Shown here in pieces: positions 51,648 to 64,000 of a stretch of DNA of 64,000 nt. A program made the position numbers and the translations under genes. A model generated the notes under the pieces. It made no database searches, was not told the origin of the DNA, and saw only the letters and a list, made by a program, of their open reading frames with translations. The number at the start of each line of letters is the position of its first letter. Position 1 is the stretch's first letter. The DNA comes from Escherichia coli (lineage in GTDB: Bacteria; Pseudomonadota; Gammaproteobacteria; Enterobacterales; Enterobacteriaceae), in the NCBI RefSeq assembly GCF_009931435.1, contig NZ_CP043414.1; one strand, 5' to 3'.

Positions 51648-51656
51648 AATGCATTG

Positions 51657-53279
<1,623 letters not shown>

Positions 53280-53301
53280 CTACCGCCAGATGTTACAGGG
53301 T

Positions 53302-54225
53302 TTATTCACTCATCGCATCGCGCCAGATCTTGTCAACGATACGTTGCGCCAGCACGGCCTGTTCGCCGGCGGTTTGCGGAACTGTCTGATTTTGCACGCA
53401 TTCAATGAAGTGCCGCGCACAGCCGACAAATCCACGTTGCTCAAGAGTACTCTGCCAACCAGGAATCGGTTTATGCACCACGCCCTGCCCGCGCTCCTCA
53501 CGCCATTCGCGCATATCCGTAATGTCGATGAGCGCACCGTCAGTCACGGCCTGCACGGTTTCACGCTGACTTCCGGCACGGCGATGCATACAGGTGGTGA
53601 TCTGCAAAGGACCGGCCGAAAAATGGTGCTCGGCAAACAGCATTTCGCCCGCGTCATTAGTCAGTAGCGTACCGCCATCCAGAGAGGCTTTACCGCCCGA
53701 CAACCACAGCACGGTATCCACCACATGCAGATAATCATCCAGCAACGTGAAATAAAGGTCGTGTGGCCCGACGCTATTACTACGATGTTTATCCATTCTT
53801 AGCGAGGCGGCGGTGGAGAGTTGTGTTTTTAACTCAACGTAGAGTGGTGCGAAGCGACGGTTAAAACCGACCATCAACGTCAGTTTTTTCCGCGCCGCCA
53901 GTTCAACCAGCCGTTCAGCATCGCGCAGATTTTCTGCCAGCGGTTTATCGACACAGACATGCACCCCCGCATTGAGTAACGCACTGACCACGTCAAAGTG
54001 GCTGGCGGTGCTGGAATGCACATAAACAGCGTCACAACAGGCAGCAAGGCTGGATAACGAATCGGCATAAGGAATGCGCCAGCTTTCACAAATTGGCAGG
54101 GCTTTCGCGCGCGTTGGCGACCAGGCGCCTTGTAAGGTCCAGTCAGATGCTGCCGCCAGCACCGGCAACCACGCTTTTTGCGCGATGCCGCCTAATCCCA
54201 CTACGCCGATACGTAATTTTTTCAC
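53302..54225 (-). CDS. yceM: Gfo/Idh/MocA-family oxidoreductase YceM (MviM)
   Basis: Start at GTG 54225 gives KKLRIGVVGLGGIAQKAWLP (307 aa) with a Rossmann motif. Confidence 0.85.
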   Translation of the reverse strand: MKKLRIGVVGLGGIAQKAWLPVLAAASDWTLQGAWSPTRAKALPICESWRIPYADSLSSLAACCDAVYVHSSTASHFDVVSALLNAGVHVCVDKPLAENLRDAERLVELAARKKLTLMVGFNRRFAPLYVELKTQLSTAASLRMDKHRSNSVGPHDLYFTLLDDYLHVVDTVLWLSGGKASLDGGTLLTNDAGEMLFAEHHFSAGPLQITTCMHRRAGSQRETVQAVTDGALIDITDMREWREERGQGVVHKPIPGWQSTLEQRGFVGCARHFIECVQNQTVPQTAGEQAVLAQRIVDKIWRDAMSE

Positions 54226-54226
54226 T

Positions 54227-55469
<1,243 letters not shown>

Positions 55470-55704
55470 TCTATACCTACTCCTTCCCGTAACGTCTTTA
55501 ATACGCTGTAAGTATTACTATACCTGCGCAACCAGACCCTGTGAAAAGTCCAGAATGCCGTTTTCTGCATTATTCACATATTTGATAAAAACTCTCTATC
55601 AAAGCGACGTTTTGATAAAAAAATATTGTCCCCGAAGTGATGGGAAAAGTCTTAACGGCAATGCAGAATAGAAAGTGCTCATCTTTTATTTCCCGGGAGG
55701 GGAA

Positions 55705-56913
55705 ATGTCCCGCGTGTCGCAGGCGAGGAACCTGGGTAAATATTTCCTGCTCATCGATAATATGCTGGTCGTGCTGGGGTTCTTTGTTGTCTTCCCGCTG
55801 ATCTCTATCCGCTTCGTTGATCAAATGGGCTGGGCCGCCGTCATGGTCGGTATTGCCCTTGGTCTACGTCAGTTTATTCAGCAAGGTCTGGGGATTTTCG
55901 GCGGCGCAATTGCCGACCGCTTTGGTGCCAAACCGATGATTGTCACCGGTATGCTGATGCGTGCCGCCGGATTCGCCACAATGGGTATCGCCCACGAACC
56001 GTGGCTACTGTGGTTTTCATGCCTGCTTTCGGGACTCGGCGGCACGTTGTTTGATCCTCCGCGTTCGGCGCTGGTGGTGAAACTAATCCGTCCACAACAG
56101 CGTGGTCGTTTTTTCTCGCTGTTAATGATGCAGGACAGTGCCGGTGCGGTCATTGGCGCATTGTTGGGGAGCTGGCTGTTGCAATACGACTTTCGCCTGG
56201 TCTGCGCCACAGGGGCAGTTTTGTTTGTGCTGTGTGCAGCGTTCAATGCGTGGTTGTTACCGGCATGGAAACTCTCCACCGTACGCACGCCCGTTCGCGA
56301 AGGCATGACCCGCGTGATGCGCGACAAGCGTTTTGTCACCTATGTCCTGACGCTGGCGGGTTACTACATGCTGGCTGTACAAGTGATGCTGATGCTGCCA
56401 ATTATGGTCAACGACGTCGCGGGCGCGCCGTCTGCCGTTAAATGGATGTATGCCATTGAGGCGTGTCTGTCGTTAACGTTGCTCTACCCTATCGCCCGCT
56501 GGAGTGAAAAACATTTTCGTCTGGAACACCGATTGATGGCTGGGCTATTAATAATGTCATTAAGCATGATGCCAGTGGGTATGGTCAGCGGCCTGCAACA
56601 ACTTTTCACTCTGATTTGTCTGTTTTATATCGGGTCGATCATTGCTGAGCCTGCGCGTGAAACCTTAAGTGCTTCGCTGGCAGATGCAAGAGCACGCGGC
56701 AGCTATATGGGGTTTAGCCGTCTGGGTCTGGCGATTGGCGGCGCGATTGGTTATATCGGTGGTGGCTGGCTATTTGACTTGGGTAAATCTGCGCACCAAC
56801 CAGAGCTTCCGTGGATGATGCTGGGCATTATTGGCATCTTCACTTTCCTTGCGCTGGGTTGGCAATTTAGCCAGAAACGCACCGCGCGTCGTTTGCTGGA
56901 ACGCGACGCCTGA
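55705..56913 (+). CDS. mdtH: MFS multidrug efflux transporter MdtH
   Basis: Start at internal ATG ([27 protein letters not shown]) gives 402 aa. Confidence 0.9.
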   Translation: MSRVSQARNLGKYFLLIDNMLVVLGFFVVFPLISIRFVDQMGWAAVMVGIALGLRQFIQQGLGIFGGAIADRFGAKPMIVTGMLMRAAGFATMGIAHEPWLLWFSCLLSGLGGTLFDPPRSALVVKLIRPQQRGRFFSLLMMQDSAGAVIGALLGSWLLQYDFRLVCATGAVLFVLCAAFNAWLLPAWKLSTVRTPVREGMTRVMRDKRFVTYVLTLAGYYMLAVQVMLMLPIMVNDVAGAPSAVKWMYAIEACLSLTLLYPIARWSEKHFRLEHRLMAGLLIMSLSMMPVGMVSGLQQLFTLICLFYIGSIIAEPARETLSASLADARARGSYMGFSRLGLAIGGAIGYIGGGWLFDLGKSAHQPELPWMMLGIIGIFTFLALGWQFSQKRTARRLLERDA

Positions 56914-56976
56914 TTTGATACTCCCCCCTGACTCCTCCATACTGAAAGTGAACTGACAGCCAAATGGAGGAGTCAC

Positions 56977-57624
56977 GTGAAGCTATACATTTACGATCAC
57001 TGCCCTTACTGCCTCAAAGCCCGCATGATTTTCGGCCTGAAAAATATCCCCGTCGAATTACATGTTCTGCTCAATGACGACGCAGAAACACCCACCCGGA
57101 TGGTCGGTCAAAAACAGGTTCCCATTCTGCAAAAAGATGACAGCCGCTATATGCCAGAAAGCATGGACATCGTTCACTATGTCGATAAACTCGACGGCAA
57201 ACCGTTACTGACCGGCAAACGTTCACCTGCCATTGAAGAATGGCTGCGCAAGGTCAACGGCTACGCCAACAAACTGCTGTTACCGCGTATTGCCAAATCG
57301 GCATTTGATGAGTTTTCTACTCCCGCCGCACGCAAATATTTTGTCGACAAGAAAGAAGCCAGCGCGGGTAATTTTTCCGACCTGCTGGCCCACTCTGACG
57401 GTCTGATTAAGAATATCAGCGATGATTTACGTGCGCTGGACAAACTTATCGTCAAACCGAACGCCGTGAATGGCGAACTTTCGGAAGACGATATTCAGCT
57501 ATTTCCGCTCCTGCGTAATCTGACGCTGGTAGCCGGAATCAACTGGCCAAGCCGCGTTGCTGATTACCGCGATAATATGGCGAAACAGACACAAATCAAT
57601 TTGTTATCATCAATGGCGATTTAA
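56977..57624 (+). CDS. grxB: Glutaredoxin 2
   Basis: 215-aa ORF MKLYIYDHCPYCLKARMIFGLKNIP with CPYC active site. Confidence 0.93.
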   Translation: MKLYIYDHCPYCLKARMIFGLKNIPVELHVLLNDDAETPTRMVGQKQVPILQKDDSRYMPESMDIVHYVDKLDGKPLLTGKRSPAIEEWLRKVNGYANKLLLPRIAKSAFDEFSTPAARKYFVDKKEASAGNFSDLLAHSDGLIKNISDDLRALDKLIVKPNAVNGELSEDDIQLFPLLRNLTLVAGINWPSRVADYRDNMAKQTQINLLSSMAI

Positions 57625-57757
57625 TCCTGACCCGCCGCGGCAGCCTGTATTCGCGGGTTGCCGCCGTTTTCAGTTTTTTCTGCTGGCGAGTTTATCGCTG
57701 GTGACACATGCTGCGTTGTGTCAGGATATTGACGCAGATTTCATGTCGAGGACTACC

Positions 57758-58318
57758 ATGAACAAGTTTTTATTTGCCGCTGTATTGTTCGTCAGTGGCC
57801 TGCTCGTTGGCTGTAATCAACTCACCCAATACACCATCACCGAACAAGAAATTAACCAGTCGCTTGCGAAACATAATAATTTCTCAAAAGATATCGGTTT
57901 ACCCGGCGTGGCTGACGCCCATATTGTTCTGACAAACCTGACCAGCCAAATTGGTCGCGAAGAGCCGAATAAGGTTACCCTAACCGGAGACGCCAATCTG
58001 GACATGAACTCCCTGTTCGGTAGCCAGAAAGCGACCATGAAACTGAAGCTGAAAGCGCTGCCTGTGTTTGATAAAGAAAAAGGCGCGATCTTCCTGAAAG
58101 AGATGGAAGTAGTCGATGCGACGGTACAACCGGAAAAAATGCAAACGGTGATGCAAACGTTGCTTCCCTATTTGAACCAGGCATTACGCAATTACTTTAA
58201 CCAGCAACCTGCTTATGTCCTGCGCGAAGATGGCAGTAAGGGCGAAGCAATGGCGAAGAAACTGGCGAAAGGTATTGAAGTGAAGCCTGGTGAAATTGTC
58301 ATTCCGTTTACTGATTAA
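57758..58318 (+). CDS. yceB: Lipoprotein YceB (DUF1439)
   Basis: Start at internal ATG (MNKFLFAAVLFVSGLLVGCNQL, lipobox LVGC) gives 186 aa. Confidence 0.85.
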   Translation: MNKFLFAAVLFVSGLLVGCNQLTQYTITEQEINQSLAKHNNFSKDIGLPGVADAHIVLTNLTSQIGREEPNKVTLTGDANLDMNSLFGSQKATMKLKLKALPVFDKEKGAIFLKEMEVVDATVQPEKMQTVMQTLLPYLNQALRNYFNQQPAYVLREDGSKGEAMAKKLAKGIEVKPGEIVIPFTD

Positions 58319-58324
58319 TCACGA

Positions 58325-58349
58325 GGGCGCATTTGCGCCCTTTATTTTT
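58325..58349 (+). terminator. Rho-independent terminator downstream of yceB
   Basis: Hairpin gggcgc-attt-gcgccc followed by tttattttt. Confidence 0.7.
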
Positions 58350-58355
58350 CGTGCA

Positions 58356-58373
58356 AAGGAAAACGTTTCCGCT
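58356..58373 (+). promoter_or_regulatory. PurR operator in the pyrC promoter
   Basis: Palindromic core GGAAAACGTTTCCG matching the PurR box core AAACGTTT, about 50 nt upstream of the pyrC ATG. Confidence 0.6.
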
Positions 58374-58423
58374 TATCCTTTGTGTCCGGCAAAAACATCC
58401 CTTCAGCCGGAGCATAGAGATTA

Positions 58424-59470
58424 ATGACTGCACCATCCCAGGTATTAAAGATCCGCCGCCCAGACGACTGGCACCTTCACCTCCGCGATGGCGACATGTT
58501 AAAAACTGTCGTGCCTTATACCAGCGAAATATATGGACGGGCTATCGTAATGCCCAATCTGGCTCCGCCCGTGACCACCGTTGAGGCTGCCGAGGCGTAT
58601 CGCCAGCGCATTCTTGACGCCGTACCTGCCGGGCACGATTTCACCCCGCTGATGACCTGTTATTTAACAGATTCGCTGGATCCTAATGAGCTGGAACGTG
58701 GATTTAACGAAGGCGTGTTCACCGCTGCAAAACTTTACCCCGCAAACGCAACAACTAACTCCAGCCACGGCGTGACGTCGGTTGACGCAATCATGCCGGT
58801 ACTTGAGCGCATGGAAAAAATCGGTATGCCGCTACTGGTGCATGGTGAAGTGACACATGCAGATATTGACATTTTTGATCGTGAAGCGCGCTTTATTGAA
58901 AGCGTGATGGAACCGCTGCGCCAGCGCCTGACCGCGCTGAAAGTCGTTTTTGAGCACATCACCACCAAAGATGCTGCCGACTATGTCCGTAACGGAAATG
59001 AACGGCTGGCTGCCACCATCACTCCGCAGCATCTGATGTTTAACCGCAACCATATGCTGGTTGGTGGCGTGCGTCCACACCTGTATTGTCTACCCATCCT
59101 CAAACGCAATATTCACCAACAGGCACTGCGTGAACTGGTCGCCAGCGGTTTTAATCGCGTATTCCTCGGTACGGATTCTGCGCCGCATGCACGTCATCGC
59201 AAAGAGAGCAGCTGCGGCTGCGCGGGCTGCTTCAACGCCCCAACCGCGCTGGGCAGTTACGCTACCGTCTTTGAAGAGATGAATGCTCTGCAGCACTTTG
59301 AAGCATTCTGTTCTGTAAACGGCCCACAGTTCTATGGCTTGCCGGTCAACGACACATTCATCGAACTGGTCCGCGAAGAGCAACAGGTTGCTGAAAGCAT
59401 CGCATTGACTGATGACACACTGGTGCCATTCCTCGCCGGGGAAACGGTACGCTGGTCCGTTAAACAATAA
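58424..59470 (+). CDS. pyrC: Dihydroorotase
   Basis: 348-aa [36 protein letters not shown]... Confidence 0.95.
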   Translation: MTAPSQVLKIRRPDDWHLHLRDGDMLKTVVPYTSEIYGRAIVMPNLAPPVTTVEAAEAYRQRILDAVPAGHDFTPLMTCYLTDSLDPNELERGFNEGVFTAAKLYPANATTNSSHGVTSVDAIMPVLERMEKIGMPLLVHGEVTHADIDIFDREARFIESVMEPLRQRLTALKVVFEHITTKDAADYVRNGNERLAATITPQHLMFNRNHMLVGGVRPHLYCLPILKRNIHQQALRELVASGFNRVFLGTDSAPHARHRKESSCGCAGCFNAPTALGSYATVFEEMNALQHFEAFCSVNGPQFYGLPVNDTFIELVREEQQVAESIALTDDTLVPFLAGETVRWSVKQ

Positions 59471-59504
59471 AAATCGTAGCTTCCTGTTGTCATTAGGTTA
59501 TTTT

Positions 59505-59524
59505 AACTGTATAAATAACCAGTA
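59505..59524 (+). promoter_or_regulatory. LexA (SOS) box of the dinI promoter
   Basis: aaCTGTataaataacCAGta fits CTGT-N8-ACAG with one mismatch in the right arm, about 20 nt upstream of the dinI ATG. Confidence 0.75.
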
Positions 59525-59543
59525 TATTCAACAGGGGGCTATT

Positions 59544-59789
59544 ATGCGAATTGAAGTCACCATAGCGAAAACTTCTCCATTGCCAGCTGGGGCTATTGAC
59601 GCCCTGGCTGGCGAACTTTCCCGCCGTATTCAGTATGCGTTTCCTGATAATGAAGGCCACGTATCGGTACGTTATGCCGCAGCGAATAATTTATCGGTTA
59701 TTGGCGCAACAAAAGAAGATAAACAGCGCATTAGCGAAATTCTCCAGGAAACGTGGGAAAGCGCCGATGACTGGTTTGTCAGCGAATAA
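59544..59789 (+). CDS. dinI: DNA damage-inducible protein I (RecA modulator)
   Basis: Start at internal ATG gives the 81-aa protein MRIEVTIAKTSPLPAGAIDALAGELSRRIQYAFP... Confidence 0.92.
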   Translation: MRIEVTIAKTSPLPAGAIDALAGELSRRIQYAFPDNEGHVSVRYAAANNLSVIGATKEDKQRISEILQETWESADDWFVSE

Positions 59790-59810
59790 TATGCAGTGAT
59801 TTTTGTTTTT

Positions 59811-59836
59811 GCCGGGTCGCCCCGGCTTTTTTATTT
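59811..59836 (+). terminator. Rho-independent terminator downstream of dinI
   Basis: Hairpin gccggg-tcgc-cccggc followed by ttttttatttt. Confidence 0.7.
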
Positions 59837-60078
59837 TACTTACGAATTTCGAGTACAAAATTTCTACACTTCCTCAAAATAATTGCACAATATGCTAAAA
59901 AAATATGAATGACATGCTGTTTTATTGTTCATATAAATCTTAAAAGCAAAAATTTATCTGTTCCCCCCTTTAAAAATTCGGTGAATACCCTTACTTATTG
60001 GTATACTGAAGTTGCTTCAGATAAAAACGCATTGAACCTCGAATAACGTTGTCTAGTAACACGAATTAGGGGGCCATG

Positions 60079-60333
60079 ATGGAAAAAAATAATGAAGTCA
60101 TTCAGACTCATCCGCTCGTAGGGTGGGACATCAGCACCGTTGATAGCTATGATGCGCTGATGTTGCGTTTGCACTACCAGACCCCAAATAAGTCCGAGCA
60201 GGAAGGGACTGAAGTTGGTCAGACGCTCTGGTTAACCACTGATGTTGCCAGACAATTTATTTCGATATTAGAAGCAGGAATCGCCAAAATTGAATCCGGT
60301 GATTTCCCGGTAAACGAGTATCGGCGTCATTAA
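60079..60333 (+). CDS. bssS: Biofilm regulator BssS
   Basis: 84-aa protein MEKNNEVIQTHPLVGWDISTVDSYDALMLRLHYQ... from the second of two tandem ATG codons. Confidence 0.88.
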   Translation: MEKNNEVIQTHPLVGWDISTVDSYDALMLRLHYQTPNKSEQEGTEVGQTLWLTTDVARQFISILEAGIAKIESGDFPVNEYRRH

Positions 60334-60447
60334 CATGACATGACCATCCACCCAAAAGGCACCTCACTGGTGCCTTTACCATTTCTGGGTTGTATATCTG
60401 CATTCAGTTAATTACTCTGCTTAAACCATGAGAGCAGAGAGAAAAAA

Positions 60448-61566
60448 ATGAAATACGATCTCATCATTATTGGCAGCGGTTCCGTAGGCGCTGCCGCCGG
60501 GTATTATGCAACCCGTGCCGGTTTAAACGTGCTAATGACCGACGCCCATATGCCACCGCATCAACACGGCAGCCACCACGGCGATACGCGATTAATTCGC
60601 CATGCTTATGGTGAAGGCGAAAAGTATGTCCCGCTGGTCCTCCGCGCGCAAACGCTGTGGGATGAACTCTCCCGCCACAACGAAGAAGATCCCATTTTTG
60701 TACGCTCGGGTGTCATTAACCTTGGCCCGGCTGATTCCGCATTTCTCGCCAACGTCGCCCACAGCGCTGAACAGTGGCAACTCAACGTTGAAAAGCTCGA
60801 TGCGCAAGGGATTATGGCACGCTGGCCAGAAATACGCGTCCCGGACAACTACATCGGCTTATTTGAGACTGATTCCGGCTTTTTACGCAGCGAACTGGCG
60901 ATTAAAACCTGGATCCAACTGGCGAAGGAAGCGGGTTGTGCGCAGTTGTTCAACTGCCCGGTCACCGCAATTCGTCATGACGATGATGGCGTAATTATTG
61001 AAACGGCTGACGGTGAGTATCAGGCGAAAAAAGCGATCGTCTGCGCGGGAACATGGGTAAAAGATCTGCTCCCGGAACTGCCTGTCCAGCCCGTACGCAA
61101 AGTATTTGCCTGGTATCAGGCCGATGGTCGCTATAGCGTGAAGAATAAATTCCCGGCGTTTACCGGTGAACTGCCCAATGGCGATCAATATTATGGTTTT
61201 CCGGCAGAAAACGACGCGTTGAAGATTGGCAAACATAACGGAGGCCAGGTTATCCATTCAGCGGATGAACGTGTTCCGTTTGCGGAAGTCGTCAGCGATG
61301 GCTCGGAAGCCTTCCCGTTCTTGCGCAATGTGTTGCCGGGTATCGGTTGCTGCCTGTACGGCGCTGCCTGCACCTATGATAATTCGCCTGACGAAGATTT
61401 TATTATCGATACTCTACCCGGCCACGATAATACACTGCTCATTACCGGCCTGAGCGGGCACGGTTTTAAATTTGCGTCAGTTTTAGGGGAAATAGCTGCC
61501 GATTTTGCGCAAGACAAAAAAAGCGATTTTGATTTGACGCCATTCAGGCTTTCCCGCTTCCAATAA
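60448..61566 (+). CDS. solA: N-methyl-L-tryptophan oxidase
   Basis: 372-aa [24 protein letters not shown] with FAD-binding GxGxxG motif. Confidence 0.93.
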
Positions 61567-61586
61567 TCATCATTACGGCCTCCAGA

Positions 61587-61727
61587 ATGAGGCCGTTTTT
61601 ACAGGAGTATTTAATGCGTCGGCTGTTGCACTATCTCATCAATAATATTCGCGAGCATCTGATGCTTTATCTTTTTCTCTGGGGACTGTTGGCAATTATG
61701 GACCTGATCTACGTGTTTTATTTTTAG
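61587..61727 (+). CDS. yceO: Small hydrophobic protein YceO (46 aa)
   Basis: Hand translation [46 protein letters not shown]; an internal ATG at 61614 has a good SD (aggag) and would give 37 aa. Under 60 aa, so absent from the ORF track. Confidence 0.6.
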
Positions 61728-61988
61728 TTTTTCCGCACTGACATAAACTGACAAATATTTAATCTCCCTTTCATTTAGCGTGAAAAATTGAATGAGATTC
61801 TTCCTACCTCTACAGCACTCACCAGACCTTCCAGATGCTGAACCCACTAAACTTATGAAGATTCTTTCATTATTAATTCAAAATTATTGAAATAAAAATA
61901 AATATCATTCAATTTGTTATTTTTGTGTTGCAATTCATTCTCCGACACGCCATTTTCTTTCTCTCGCAAATTCGTTTTGGATGCACTT

Positions 61989-62555
61989 ATGTCATTCACA
62001 AATACCCCTGAACGCTATGGTGTTATATCTGCGGCCTTCCATTGGCTAAGCGCAATTATTGTCTATGGCATGTTTGCTTTAGGTCTGTGGATGGTCACGC
62101 TCAGTTATTACGATGGCTGGTACCACAAAGCACCCGAATTGCATAAAAGCATCGGCATTTTGTTAATGATGGGGCTGGTTATTCGCGTTCTTTGGCGTGT
62201 CATATCTCCACCGCCGGGTCCGCTGCAAAGTTATTCGCCCATGACTCGTGTTGGCGCAAAGGCTGGACATCTTGCATTGTACCTATTGCTCTTTGCCATC
62301 GGCATCAGCGGCTATCTGATCTCCACTGCCGATGGTAAACCGATCAGCGTTTTTGGCTGGTTTGACGTCCCCGCGACCCTTGCCGATGCAGGCGCACAGG
62401 CTGACTTTGCCGGTGCCCTGCATTTTTGGCTCGCGTGGAGCGTCGTAGTACTGTCCGTTATGCACGGATTTATGGCCCTGAAGCATCATTTCATCGATAA
62501 GGACGACACTCTGAAGCGCATGCTGGGAAAGTCGTCATCTGACTATGGAGTATAA
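61989..62555 (+). CDS. yceJ: Cytochrome b561-family membrane protein YceJ
   Basis: Start at internal ATG (MSFTNTPERYGVISAAFHWLSAIIVYGMF) gives 188 aa with conserved His residues in TM helices. Confidence 0.88.
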   Translation: MSFTNTPERYGVISAAFHWLSAIIVYGMFALGLWMVTLSYYDGWYHKAPELHKSIGILLMMGLVIRVLWRVISPPPGPLQSYSPMTRVGAKAGHLALYLLLFAIGISGYLISTADGKPISVFGWFDVPATLADAGAQADFAGALHFWLAWSVVVLSVMHGFMALKHHFIDKDDTLKRMLGKSSSDYGV

Positions 62556-62558
62556 AAA

Positions 62559-63134
62559 ATGAAAAAAAGCCTGCTTGGTTTAACCTTCGCTTCCTTGATG
62601 TTCTCTGCGGGTTCAGCGGTTGCCGCCGATTACAAAATTGACAAAGAAGGTCAGCACGCCTTTGTTAACTTCCGCATCCAGCATCTTGGCTATAGCTGGT
62701 TATATGGCACCTTTAAAGATTTCGACGGTACTTTTACCTTTGATGAAAAAAATCCCGCTGCTGATAAAGTGAATGTGACAATTAACACCACCAGCGTCGA
62801 TACTAATCACGCCGAACGCGATAAACATCTTCGCAGTGCAGATTTCCTCAATACCGCAAAATATCCACAGGCAACATTCACCTCCACCAGCGTGAAGAAA
62901 GACGGTGACGAACTGGATATTACCGGCGATCTGACGCTGAACGGGGTCACCAAACCCGTCACGCTGGAAGCGAAATTAATTGGTCAGGGCGACGACCCGT
63001 GGGGCGGTAAACGTGCAGGCTTTGAGGCCGAAGGCAAAATTAAGCTCAAAGACTTCAATATCAAGACAGATTTAGGTCCAGCTTCTCAGGAAGTGGACCT
63101 GATTATTTCAGTGGAAGGCGTACAGCAGAAGTAA
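62559..63134 (+). CDS. yceI: Periplasmic YceI-family (polyisoprenoid-binding) protein
   Basis: 191-aa ORF with signal peptide [22 protein letters not shown]; starts 4 nt after the yceJ stop. Confidence 0.9.
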
Positions 63135-63146
63135 GCGTGAAATGTT

Positions 63147-63167
63147 GCCGGATGACACGCATCCGGC
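63147..63167. terminator. Hairpin in the yceI/yceA convergent gap, candidate terminator
   Basis: Inverted repeat gccggatg-acacg-catccggc followed by an AT-rich stretch. Confidence 0.4.
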
Positions 63168-63175
63168 AATGATAT

Positions 63176-64000
63176 TTATTCTGTTGGATCAGGAATGCCC
63201 AGTGTTGTATTCAGACGTCCACGAGACTTATTAAAGATCTTATTGCCATTTTCACGTCCTGCCCGACGGCGTCGCTGTTCTTCTGGCGGTAACGCGCTTT
63301 CTTCGCAGCAAATCTCACTGCAACAACCTTTGTATTTTTCTGCACATACTGGACACTGAATAAACAGCAGGTGGCAGCCATCATTTTTACAGTTGGTATG
63401 GCTGTCGCACGGCGCACCGCACTGGTGGCAATGCGCGATAATCTCATCAGATATACGTTCGCCCATCCGCTCGTCAAACACAAAATTTTTGCCAATAAAA
63501 CGCACCGGTAAGCCCTGCTCGCGCGCCTTACGGGCGTATTCAATAATTCCGCCTTCGATATGCCAGACTTTATTGAATCCGTTATGTTTCATCCAGGCAC
63601 TGGCCTTTTCACAACGAATGCCGCCGGTGCAGTACATAACGATTTTTTTATCTTTATGTTCCTGCATCATCTCGACTGCTTTTGGCAGCTGCTCACGGAA
63701 GGTATCTGCCGGAATTTCCAGCGCGTTTTCAAAGTGCCCCACTTCATACTCATAATGATTACGCATGTCGATAAACAGAGCATCGGGATCGTCAAGCATG
63801 GCGTTCACTTCTGCCGCTTGCAGATACTCACCAACATTGCTGGCATCAAAGTGAGGATCGTCAATACCGTCGGCTACGATGCGATCGCGCACCTTCATGC
63901 GCAGTACCCAGAAGGATTTCCCGTCATCATCCAACGCGATGTTCAGGCGTAAGCCATCTAAAGCCGGGTCGAAGCCGTATAGCTGTGCGCGAAATGTTTC
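63176..64000 (-). CDS. trhO: tRNA uridine(34) hydroxylase TrhO / YceA (rhodanese-domain protein), C-terminal about 275 aa; N-terminus outside window
   Basis: Minus-strand frame is open to the window edge (...[33 protein letters not shown]...); rhodanese active site [12 protein letters not shown] and Cys-rich C-terminus. Confidence 0.85.
   Translation of the reverse strand, partial: ETFRAQLYGFDPALDGLRLNIALDDDGKSFWVLRMKVRDRIVADGIDDPHFDASNVGEYLQAAEVNAMLDDPDALFIDMRNHYEYEVGHFENALEIPADTFREQLPKAVEMMQEHKDKKIVMYCTGGIRCEKASAWMKHNGFNKVWHIEGGIIEYARKAREQGLPVRFIGKNFVFDERMGERISDEIIAHCHQCGAPCDSHTNCKNDGCHLLFIQCPVCAEKYKGCCSEICCEESALPPEEQRRRRAGRENGNKIFNKSRGRLNTTLGIPDPTE

Noticed and set aside
55570-55824. 84-aa minus-strand ORF
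   Set aside because: Overlaps the mdtH start and its promoter region in antisense; no SD and no recognisable domain.

Overview
This window reads as a contiguous stretch of Escherichia coli core chromosome (K-12-like gene order, in reverse orientation to the K-12 map), running from the 3' end of potD through cobB-nagK-lolEDC, ycfT, mfd, ldtC, bhsA/comR, ycfJ, ndh, the hinT-ycfL-lpoB-thiK-nagZ-ycfP operon, fhuE, ptsG, ycfH-holB-tmk-mltG-pabC, the plsX-fabHDG-acpP-fabF fatty-acid cluster, rpmF, yceD, yceF, rluC, rne, the complete flgNMA/flgBCDEFGHIJKL flagellar region 1, murJ, yceM, yceH, rimJ, mdtH, grxB, yceB, pyrC, dinI, bssS, solA, yceO, yceJ, yceI, to a partial yceA/trhO. I support 67 protein-coding genes (two partial at the window edges; two, rpmF and yceO, are absent from the ORF track because they are under 60 aa), plus REP/BIME repeats, intrinsic terminators and several recognisable regulatory sites. 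I see no rRNA, tRNA, CRISPR array, IS element or prophage. I do not find a credible undescribed system: coding density is high, nearly every ORF matches a known E. coli protein at the expected length, and the long unassigned ORFs are antisense artefacts. The most notable observations are strain-level: the potD-cobB junction is only about 210 bp of terminator plus REP/BIME, where K-12 as I recall it carries ycfZ and ymfA, and cobB ends 6 codons early with an alternative frame running into the REP. All gene identities are from reading the translations against remembered protein sequences; no database search was run.
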